From Octopus sinensis (taxonomy: Eukaryota), in assembly GCF_006345805.1 (NCBI RefSeq), contig NW_021833471.1, positions 1-28,358 of the forward strand: a stretch of 28,358 nt of DNA. The letters run 5' to 3'. The notes under the pieces were generated by a model. It worked only from the letters and a program-made list of their open reading frames with translations, made no database searches and had not been told where the DNA came from. Of the stretch, positions 18,585 to 28,358 are shown in pieces. Made by a program: the position numbers and the translations under genes. Within the stretch, counting starts at the first letter, position 1, and each line of letters opens with the position of its first letter.

Positions 18585-21500
18585 TTCTCTCTCTCTCTCT
18601 CTTTTCTCTCTTTGTCTCTCACTCTCTTTCTCGTTTTCTTTCCTCTTTCTCTCCTTCTTTCTCTCTCTATCTCCCTCTTTCATTTCTTTCCTTCTCTTTC
18701 TTTTCTCACTTTCTCTCTCTTTCCCTTTTTCTCTCTCTCTTTCTTTCTCCTCTCTCCGTGTCTCTTTTACTCTCTCTCTCTCTTTTCTCTCTTTGTCTCT
18801 CACTCTCTTTCTTGTTTTCTTTCCTCTTTCTCTTAATCTTTCACTCTCTAAATCCCTCTTTCATTTCTATCCTACTCTTTCTTTTCTCACTTTCTCTTTC
18901 CCCTTTTCTCTCTCTCTTTCTTTCTCCTCTCTCCGTGTCTCTTTTACTCCCTCTCTCTTTTCTCTTTGTCTCTCACTCTCTTTCTCGTTTTCTTTCCTCT
19001 TTCTCTCCTTCTTTCTCTCTCTATCTCCCTCTGTCATTTATTTCCTTCTCTTTCTTTTCTCACCTTCTCTCTCTTTCCCCTTATCTTCTCTCTCCGTGTC
19101 TCTTTTACTCTCTCTCTCTTTCTTTTCTCACTTTTCCCATTTTCCTTTTCCTTTTCCTTCTCTCTCTTCTCTCCTCTCATTTCCTTCCTCTTTCTCTCCA
19201 TGTTTCTTCTTTTCTTCTCTCTCTTTCTTTCTCCCTCTCTCTTTTTCCTCCTTTTTTTTTCCCTCTCTCTTTTTCCCTCTGTCTCCTCTCTCTCATTCTT
19301 TCTTTCTCCCTCTTTTTCTTTCTCTTTCTTTATCTCTTCTCTCTCTCTCTCCTCTCTCCTTTCTTGCTCTTCTCTTTTCTTCTTTTCTTTCTTTCTTTTT
19401 CTCTCTTGTCCTTCTCTCCTTTTCTCTCTTTCAACTTCCCATTCACATTTTCTCTCTTTCACACCAACCTTTTTCTCTTTCATCTCTCTTTCTCTTTTTT
19501 CTATTTCTTTTTCTCTCTTTCTTCTCTTTTTCTCTCTGTTGCTTTCTGTCTTCTTCTCATTGCCTTTTCTTCTTCTTCCTCCTTTCCTGTTATTGTCTCT
19601 ATTTCTTTGATGTCCTTTCTCTCTCTTGTCCCTTTTTCTCTCTCCCTCTCCCTTTCCTCCTCTTTCTTCTTCTCTCATTCTCTCACATTTTATTTTCTAT
19701 CTTTTCTCTCTCTATGTCTCATTACTCTTTGTTCTCTATCTTTCTCTCTCTTTCCTTCCACTTTTTTCTCTCTCTCTTTTCTTTATTACTTCCTCTCTCC
19801 CTCTCTTTTTGTTCTTCTTTCTTCCTCTCTCTATTTCCCACTCTCTTTTCTCTCCTATTTCCCCTCCCTCTTTCCCTCTCTGTCTCTTTTCTCTTTTCCT
19901 CTTCTCTTCTCTTCCTCTTCTATACTTATCTCTCACTTTCTTTTTCCCCTTTTCTCCCTCCTTCTTTCTCCCCCTCTCTTTTTCTCTTCTCCCTCCTCTC
20001 CTCTCACCCACACTCTTTTACCTTTCTCTCCTGCTTTACCTTCCTCTCTTTTTCTATTCTCTCTCTCTTCTTTATCTCTCCTTTTTCTTTTACCAACTCC
20101 TCTTTCTCTCTTTTTCTTTCCTCTCTTCCTCTTTCTCTCTGTTATCTCATTTCTCTGGCATTTTTCTCTTCTCTCTTTCCTCACACTCTCTCAATTTCCT
20201 TTTCTCTCTCCTCCTCTCCCCTCCCTTTTCTCTTCTTCTGTCTCTTTGTCCTTTCCTTTCCCTCTTCTTTCCTCTTTTCTATTCTCCTATTCCTCCCTTT
20301 AAGGGACGTATTCTTTTTTTTCTTCTTTTCTTCTCTTTTTTTCTCCTCTCTTGCCTTCTTCTCTCTTCTTCCCGTCCTTTCTTTTTCTCTCTTTCTCCCT
20401 CTTTTTCCTTTCTCTCCCTCTTTCTTTTCTCCTCTCATTCTCTTTCTCCCTTTTACGTCTCTTTTACTCTCTTTCATCTTAATTATTATTTCCCCTCTCT
20501 TTCTCTTCTCATTTCTCTCTCCCTCCTCTCTCTTTCAGTTTCAGTCTTTTTTTTTCTTTCTCTTTCCTCTTTCTTCTCTCTCTCCTCTCTCTCTCTCCCT
20601 CTCTCCCTTTCCTTCTCTCTCCCTCCACTTCCTCTCTCCTCTCTCTCTCTTCGCCTCTCTTCCCCATTTTCTTTCAGTCGCTCTCTTATTTCCTCATATC
20701 CCCTCTTTCTTCTCATCATCTTCCATTTTCTCTTCCTCTCTTCATTCCCATCTTTCTCTTCTCCCTCTTCCTCTCTCTTTTCTCCCCTCTTTTTTTTTTT
20801 CATTCTTCAATTCTCCGCTCTCTTCATTCCTCGCTCTCTCTCCCTCTCTGCTTCTTTCTTCTCGCTCTTCTTTTTTATTTCCTGGCTTTTCTCTTCTCCC
20901 TATCTCTCTTTATCTTTCCTTTTCTCCTCTTATTCTTTCTTTTCTTTCTGTTTTCCTTTCTCCCTATCTCTCTCTTCTCTTTCTTTCTTTCCTCTCTTTT
21001 CAAAAATCGTTTTCCTTTGTCTGTTCTCCTTTCTCCTTCATTTTCCCTTTCCCCTTCCCTCCTCATTGTCTTTCTCTTTCTCCCCTCTCTTTCTTTCTTT
21101 TCTTTATCTCTCGTCCTTTCGCTTCTCTTTCTTCTCCCTCTCGTTTCTTTTTTTATCCTTCTTCCTCTCTCTTCCTCTCTCTCACTTCTTTTCATTTCTC
21201 GTCTTTTTTCTCGTTTCTTTCTCTCTCTCGCACCTTCCTTCCTTTCTCGCTCTCATCACTTTTACAACTCCTTCTTTCTTTCTTTCTTTCTCCTCTTGTC
21301 TTTTTATCCTTCTGCTCTCACTCTTTCTTTCTCCGCTCTTTCTCTTTTCTTTTCTTTCCTTTCTCTCTTCTTTTTTCTTTTCTTTCTTCCTCTCCGTTTT
21401 GCTTCTTCTGCCTTTCTTCCCTCCCTTCGTTTCTTTCCAGCTGGTTTTCTTTCTTTCTTCTTTCTCTCTGTCTCTCTTTTCTTTCGCTCTTTAGCTCTCC

Positions 21501-24500
21501 TCGCATTTTTCTCCTTCCTTCTTCCCTCTCTTTCTTTTTCTCCTTCTCCTCTCTCTCACCCTCTTTCATTTCTCTCAGTCTTTCTCTTCCTCTTTTCTCT
21601 TTCTCGTCTCTTTTTTTTTTCTCGCTCTCTCACTTTTTTCTCGCTTTCTTCTCTTTCCTCTTTGTTTTTTCTTTTAAATCCTTCTTCCTCTCTCTCTCAC
21701 TTTTCATTTCTCTCTCTTCTTCCTCTCGTTTTTTCTATCTTTTCTCTCTTCTTTTCTTTTTCTCGCTCTCTCCCTCCTTCTCTAACTTTTTTCTTTTCTC
21801 CTTCTTTCTCCCCTCTCGTTTGTCTTTTTAAAATATCTTCTCCCTCTCTCTCTCACTTCTTTCATTTCTCTCTTTTTACCGCTATTTCTCTTTTCTCTCT
21901 CTATTTTTTCTCGCTCTCAACGCATCGCTTATTCTCTTTCTTTCTTATCACACCTTCTCGTTTTCTCTTTTATCCTTCTTCCCTCACTCTCTCTCACTCT
22001 TATCTTTCATTTCTCTCTTTCCTTCCTCTCGTTTCCTTTTCCTCTCACTTCCTCCTTCTTTATACTCGCTCACTCACTGTCACTTTTTTCTCCTTCTTTC
22101 TTCCTCCTACGTTTCTTTTCATCCTTCTTCCTCTCTCACCTGATTTCTTTTCCTCTCTCTTTCTTCTTTCTCCCTTCGTTTTCTTCTTTTTATCCTTATT
22201 TCCTCTCACTCACTCACTCTTTTCATTTCTCTTTCTTTCCTCTCGTTTCTTTCTCCTCTCTTTTCTTTTCTCACCCTCTTCGGTTTTTGTCATTCTTTCT
22301 CCCTCGTCGTTTCTTTTAATTCTTCTCCTCTCCCTCACTCTCACTCTCCCTTCATTTCTCTCTTTCTCCCTCTCGTTTATTTTTATCCTTCTTCCCGCTC
22401 TCATTCTTTCATTTCTTTCTTTCTTCCTCTCTTTCTTCCTTTCTCTCCTCGCTTTTTTTTCCTTTCTTTCTTCTTCCTCACTTCTCCCTCTCGTTTTTGT
22501 TTTTCTTCTTGTTTCCTCTCTCTCACTCTTTCATTTCCTCCCTCTTTCCCTCCTCTAATTTTCATTTTCTCTCCTCGTCTTTCTTTTCTCATTTTCTCGC
22601 TCTCTCACTTTTTTCTCCTCCTCTTTTCTCTTCCTCTCGTTTTCTTTTTAATTCCCTTCTTCCTCTCTCTCCCTCTTTCATTTCTCTCTTTCCTTCTTTT
22701 CCTCTCGTTTTTTTTTCTTCTCTCTTTTCTTTTCTCATCTCAACTCGCGCTTTTTTTTTTCCCTCCTTTCTCCCTCCTCGTTTTCTTTTCTCCTTCTCCT
22801 CCTCTCTCGCTTTCATTTCTTTTTCCTCTTCTCTCTTTCATCTCTCGTTTCTATTTCTCTCTTTTCTTCTCGCTCTCTTGCTTTCTCTTTCTTCTTTTCT
22901 TCTTTTCTTCTTTCTCCACTCCTCTTTCTCCCTCCTTTTCTTTTCTTTTCTCTTCCTCTCGTTTCTTCTTTCTCTCGCTCTTTGTTTTCCTCTCCCTCCT
23001 TCTCGCTTTTTTCCCTCCTTCTTTCTTTCTTTCTCCTCGTTTTCTTTTTATCTCCTTCTTACTCTCTCTCTCCGCTCTCTCTTCCACACGCTCTTTTTTT
23101 TTCTTGTTTCTTTTCTCTCGTTCTTTCTCTCTCTCTTTCTTTTCCACTCTTTCTTTTTTCTCTCTCCCGTTTTTTCTTCGCTCCTTCCGTATCCTTCTCT
23201 CGCCTCTCCCTCTCGTTTCTTTTTCTATCCTTTTCCTCTCTTCTTCCTCTCCTCCCTCACGTCCGTCATTTCTCTCTTTCTTTCTCTCCGTTTCTTTTTC
23301 TCTCTCTCTTTCTTTTCTCGCCCTCCTCGCTTTTTCTTTTCTCCTTCTTTCTCCTCTTTCTCCCTCTCGTTTATATTTTTATCCTTTTTCCTCTCTCTCA
23401 CACTTTCATTTCTCCTTCTCTCTTTCTCCTCTCGTTTTTCTTTCTCTCTTTCCTCTCTTCTCTTCTTTTTCTCACTTCTCTCCCCCTCGCTTTTTGTTCT
23501 TTTTTCCTTTCTTCTTCCTTTTCTTTCCTACCTCTCGTTTTCGCTTTTTATTCTTCTCCTCTCTCTCACCCTTTCATTTCTCTCTTTTCTCCTATCGTTT
23601 TCTTTTTATCCTTCTTCCTCTCTCTCACTCTTTCCATTTCTCTCTTTCTCCATCCTCTCTTTCTTTTTCCTCTCTCTTTCTTTTCTCCGCTCTCGTTTTT
23701 TTTCTTCTTTCTCCCCTTCTTCCTCTCTCTCACCTTTCATTTCTCTCTTTCTTTCTCTCGTTTCTTTTCTCTCTCTTTCTTTTCTCACCGCCCTCTCTCT
23801 CTCGCATTGTTTCGCGCTTCCTTCTTTCTCCCTCCTCGTTTTTCTTTTTATCCTTTTCCCTCTCCGCTCCCTCTCTCTCACTCTTCTTTCTCTCTTTCTT
23901 CCTCTCGTTTTTTTCTCTCTTTCTCCTTCTTTTCTCACCTCTCTCTCGCTTTTTTCTCCTTCTCCTTTCCTCTCGTTTACTTTTTCTTCTTCTCCTCTCT
24001 CTCACCCTTTCATTTCTCTCTTTCTCCTTCGTTTCTTTTATGCTTCTTCCTCTCTCCTCACTCTTTCATTTCTCTCTTTTCATCCTCTTCGTTTCTTCTT
24101 TCTTCTCTCTCTTTTCTTTTCTCGCTCCTCGTTTTTTCTTCTTTCTCCTTCTTTCCTGTCTCTCACTCTTTCATTTCTCTCTTTCTTCCTCTCGTTTCTT
24201 TTTCTCTCTCTTTCTTCTTTTCTCGCTCTCTCTCCTTTTTTTTCCTTTTTCCTCCCCTCCTCGTTTTCTTTTTTTTTTAATCCTTCTTCCTCTCTCTCAC
24301 TCTTCATTTTCTCTCTTCTTCTCTCGTTTCTTCTCTTTCTCTCGCTTTCTTTTCTCGCTCTCTCGGCTTTTTTCTCCTTCTTTCTCTCCTCTCTCCCGCT
24401 CTTTCTTTTTATTCTTCTTCCTCACTCTCATCTCTTTCTTTTCTTCATCTCGTTTCCTTTTTCTTTCTCTGTCTTTTCCCTCGCTCGCTCGCTTTTTTCC

Positions 24501-27500
24501 TTTTTTCTTTCCTCCACTCGTTTTTTTTTATCCTTCTTCCTCTCTCTCACACTTCATTTCTCTTTCTTCCTCTCGTTTCTTTTTCTCTCTTTTCTTTTCT
24601 TCTCTTCTCTCCCTCTCTCGCTTATTTCTCTCCTTCTTTCTCCCTCTCGTTTTATTTTATCCTTCGCCCTCTCTCTCACTCTTTCATTTCTCTTCTTTCT
24701 TCCTCTCTTTTCTTTTCCTCACTCTTTCTTTTCTCGATCTCTCGCGTTTTTCCTCTTCTTCGCTCTTCTCCCCCTCGTTTTCTTTTTATCCTTCTCCTTC
24801 TTCCTCTCTCTCACTCTTCATTTCTTCTCTCTCTCTTTTCTTCCTCTCGTTTCTTCTTTTTCTCTCTCTTTCTTTCTCGCCCTCTCTGCTTATTTCTCCT
24901 TCTTTCTCCCTCTCGTTTTTTTATCCTTCTCACTCTCTCTCACTCTTTCATTTCTCTCTCTTCCTCTCGTTCTTCTTTTCCTTTCGCTCACTCTTTCTTT
25001 TCTCGATCTCTCGCGTTTTTTCTCTTTCGTTTCTCCCCTCGTTTTCTTTCTTTTTATTTCTCCTTCTTTCCTCTCCCTCCCTACTCTGTCATTTCTTTTC
25101 TCGCTTTCTCCTCTCGTTCTTTTTTCTCTCTCTCTTTCTTTTTTCTCGTCCTCTCGCTTTTTTCTCTTTTTCTCCCTCTCGTTTGCTTTTTATCCTTCTC
25201 CTCTCTCTCACCCTTTCTTTTCTCTCTTTCTTCCTCTCTCTCTTTCTCTTCTTCTCTCTCTCTCCTTTCTTTTCACCTCTCCCTCTCCTCGCTTTTTTCT
25301 TCCTTTCCTCCTTCTGTTCTCCCCTCTCGTTTGCTTTTAATCTTCTTCCCTCTCTCTCACTCTTTCATTTCTCTCTTTCTTCCTCTCGTTTCTTTTCCTC
25401 AACTCTTTCTTTTCTCGATCTCTCGCTTTTTTTTCTTCTTTCTTCTCCCTCTCGTTTTTCTTTTTTCCTCCTTTTCCCCCCTCTCTCGCTTCATTTCCCT
25501 TTTTCTTCCCCTCGTTTCTTTTTCCTCTGTCTTTCTTTTCTCGTCCTCTCCTCACTTTTTTTTTCTCCTTCTTTCTCCCTCTCGTTTGCTTTTTATTCTT
25601 CTTCCTCTCTCTCTCACACTCTTTTTCCTCTTCTCCTCCCTTTTTCTTTTTCTCTTTCTTTCTCGTCTTTTTCTTTCTTCCCCGCCTCTTGTTTTCTTTT
25701 ATCCTTCTTCCTCTCTCTCACTCTTCATTCTCTCTTTCTTCCTTCCTGTCGTTTTTTTTTCTTTTCTTTTCTCTCGCTTCTTTTCTCTTTCTCGCCCTCT
25801 CGCTTTTCTTTCTTTCTCTTCTTTCTCTTTTCTTCGCCTCTGTTTTTGCTTTTTATCCTTCGCCCTCTCTCCACCTTTCATTTTCATTTCTCTCTTTCTT
25901 TCCTCTCGTTTATTTTTCCTCTCTCTTTCTTTTCTCGCTCTCTCGCTTTTTTTTTCTCCTTCTTTCTCTCTCGTTTTCTTTTTAATCCTTCTTCCCCTCT
26001 CTCTCACTCTGGCTTTCATTTCTCTCTTCTCTTCCCTCCTCTGTTTCTTTTTCTCTCTCTTTCTTTTCTCGCTCACTTTGCTTTTTTTCTCCTTCTTTCT
26101 CCCTCTCCTGTTTCTTTTTAATCCTTCTTCCTCTCTCTCACTCTTTCATTTCTCTCTTTCAAACTCTCGTTTCTTTTTTCTCTCCACTTTCTTTTTCTCT
26201 CTCTCTCCTCGTTTTTTCTCCTTCTTCTTTCTCCCTCTCGTTTTCTTTTTATCCTTCTTCCTCTCCTCTCACCCTTTCATCTCTCTTTCTTTCTTCCTCT
26301 CGTTTCTTTTTCCTCGCTCTTCTTTTCCTCTCGCTCTCCTCGCTCTTTTTCTCCCTCCTCCCTCCCTCCTTTCCTCCTCGCCCCCTCGCTTTTTTCTCCT
26401 TCTTTCTCCCTCTCTCTTTTCTTCTGCCCTCACCCTTCATTTCTCTCTTTGTCCCCTCTCGTTTTTTCTTTTATCCTTCTTCCTCTCTCTCACTCTTTCA
26501 TTTCTCTTTTTCTTTTCCTCTCGTTTCTTTTTCTCACTCTTTCTTTTCTCTCGATCTCTCGCGTTTTTCTCTTTCGTTCTCGTTCTCCCCCTCGTTTTCT
26601 TTTTATCCTTCTTCCTCTCCCTCACTCTGTCATTTCTCTCTTTCTTCCTCTCGTTTCTTTTCTCTCTCTTTCTTTCTCGCCCTCTCGCTTATTTCTCCTT
26701 CTTTCTCCCTCTCGTTATTTTTATCCTTCGCCCTCTCTCTCACTCTTTCATTTCTCTCTTTCTTCCCTCTCGTTTTCTTTTCCTCACTCTTTCTTTTCTC
26801 GATCTCTCGCGTTTTTTTCTCTTTCGTTCTCCCTCTCCTCGTTTTCTTTTTATCCTTCTTCCTCTCCCTCACTCTGTCATTTCTCTCTTTCTTCCTCTCG
26901 TTTCTTTTTCTCTCTCTCTTTCTTTTCTCGTCCTCTCTCCGCTTTTTTTCTCCTTCTTCTCTCCCTCTCGTTTTCTTTTTATCCTTCTTCCTCTCTCTCA
27001 CACTTTCATTTTCTCTCTTTCTTTCCTCTCGTTTCTTTCTCTCTCTCTCCTTTCTTTTCACGCTCTCTCTCTCGCTTTTTTCTCCTTCTTTCTCCCTCTC
27101 GTTTGCTTTTTATCCTTCTTCCTCTCTCTCACTCTTTCATTTCTCTCTTTCTTTCCTCTCGTTTCTTTTTCCTCACTCTTTTCTTTTCTCGATCTCTCGT
27201 GTTTTTCACTTTCGTTCTCCCTCTCGTTTTCTTTTATCCTTCTCCCCTCTCTCTCTTTCATTTCTCTTTTTCTTCCCCTCGTTTCTTCTTTTTTCTCTGT
27301 CTTTCTTTTCTCGCTCTCTCACTTTTTTCTCCTTCTTTCTCCTCCCTCTCGTTTGCTTTTTTTCTCTTCTTTTCTGCTTCTTTCACCTTTCTTTCCCTCT
27401 CTCACCCTTTCATTTCTCTCTTTCTCCCTCTCGTTTTCTTTTTATCCTTCTTCCTCTCTCTCACTCTTTCATTTCTCTCTTTCTTCCTCTCGTTTCTTTT

Positions 27501-28358
27501 TCTCTCTCTTTCTTTTCTCGCTCTCTCGCTTTTTTCTCCTTCTTTCTCCCTCTCGTTTTCTTTTTATCCTTCTTCCTCTCTCTCACTCTTTCATTTCTCT
27601 CTTTCTTCCTCTCGTTTCTTTTTCTCTCTCTTTCTTTTCTCGCTCTCTCGCTTTTTTCTCCTTCTTTCTCCTCTCGTTTTCTTTTTATCCTTCTTCCTCT
27701 CTCTCACTCTTTCATTTCTCTCTTCCTCTCGTTTCTTTTTCTCTCTCTTTCTTTTCTCGCTCACTCGCTTTTTTCTCCTTCTTTCTCCCTCTCATTTTCT
27801 TTTTATCCTTCTTCCTCTCTCTCACTCTTTCATTTCTCAATTTCAACCTCTCGTTTCTTTTTCTCTCACTTTCTTTTCTCGCTCTCTCGCTTTTTTCTCC
27901 TTCTTTCTCCCTCTCGTTTTCTTTTTATCCTTCTTCCTCTCTCTCACTCTTTCATTTCTCTCTTTCTTCCTCTCGTTTCTTTTTCTCTCTCTTTCTTTTC
28001 TCGCTCTCCCGCTTTTTTCTCCTTCTTTCTCCCTATCGTATGCTTTTTATCCTTCTTCCTCTCTCTCACCCTTTCATTTCTCTCTTTGTCCCTCTCGTTT
28101 TCTTTTTATCCTTCTTCCTCTCTCTCACTCTTTCATTTCTCTTTTTCTTCCTCTCGTTTCTTTTTCTCACTCTTTCTTTTCTCTCCCGTTTTCTTTTTTC
28201 AATCTCATACTCTTTATCTTTTCTCTCTTTTTTTCTCTCTCGCTTTCTTTTTCGTTTCTCTTTTTGTCTTCTCTATAGTTCTCTCTCAATTTTCCTTTTT
28301 TTACTTCTATTTTTCTATTGCTCTCTTCTTTTTTCTCTTTCTTTTTCTTTCTCTCTTC
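18585..28358 (+). repeat. ~9.8-kb polypyrimidine/polypurine (CT-rich) satellite running off the window end
   Basis: Plus strand is almost entirely C/T. About three ~175-180-bp units at 18610-19130 and a ~122-bp unit on the right (TTTATCC anchor at 27441, 27563, 27684, 27802, 27924, 28046), plus ~59-bp half-units. Confidence 0.97.

Noticed and set aside
18545-28278. Very long ORFs (up to 1012 aa, F/L/S-rich on plus; E/R/K-rich on minus)
   Set aside because: A pyrimidine-only strand cannot form stop codons; several frames are open simultaneously and the sequence is a tandem satellite.

Overview
Eukaryotic, repeat-dominated genomic DNA. The SINE and LINE families look like those of Octopus (coleoid cephalopod); this is inferred from recognition, not a search. 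The window holds five internal minus-strand exons of an ankyrin-repeat gene (18382-18539, 16894-16939, 14346-14500, 10702-10738, 2609-2821). They splice via GT-AG sites into a 609-nt/203-aa open frame of about six ankyrin repeats; start and stop lie outside the window. The introns contain two degenerate RTE LINE fragments (one with a PHD-like finger inside its RT), several tRNA-derived SINEs, possible Helitron ends, a ~420-bp inverted repeat, two long (CAT)n arrays and a ~9.8-kb polypyrimidine/polypurine satellite (~122-bp unit). The most striking structure is three same-orientation, differently 5'-truncated Tx1/L1-clade retrotransposon copies, each embedded in one (GATA)n microsatellite. This suggests a (GATA)n/(TCTA)n target-specific element. 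Nearly all long ORFs in the supplied track are low-complexity artefacts. All alignments and counts were done by eye.
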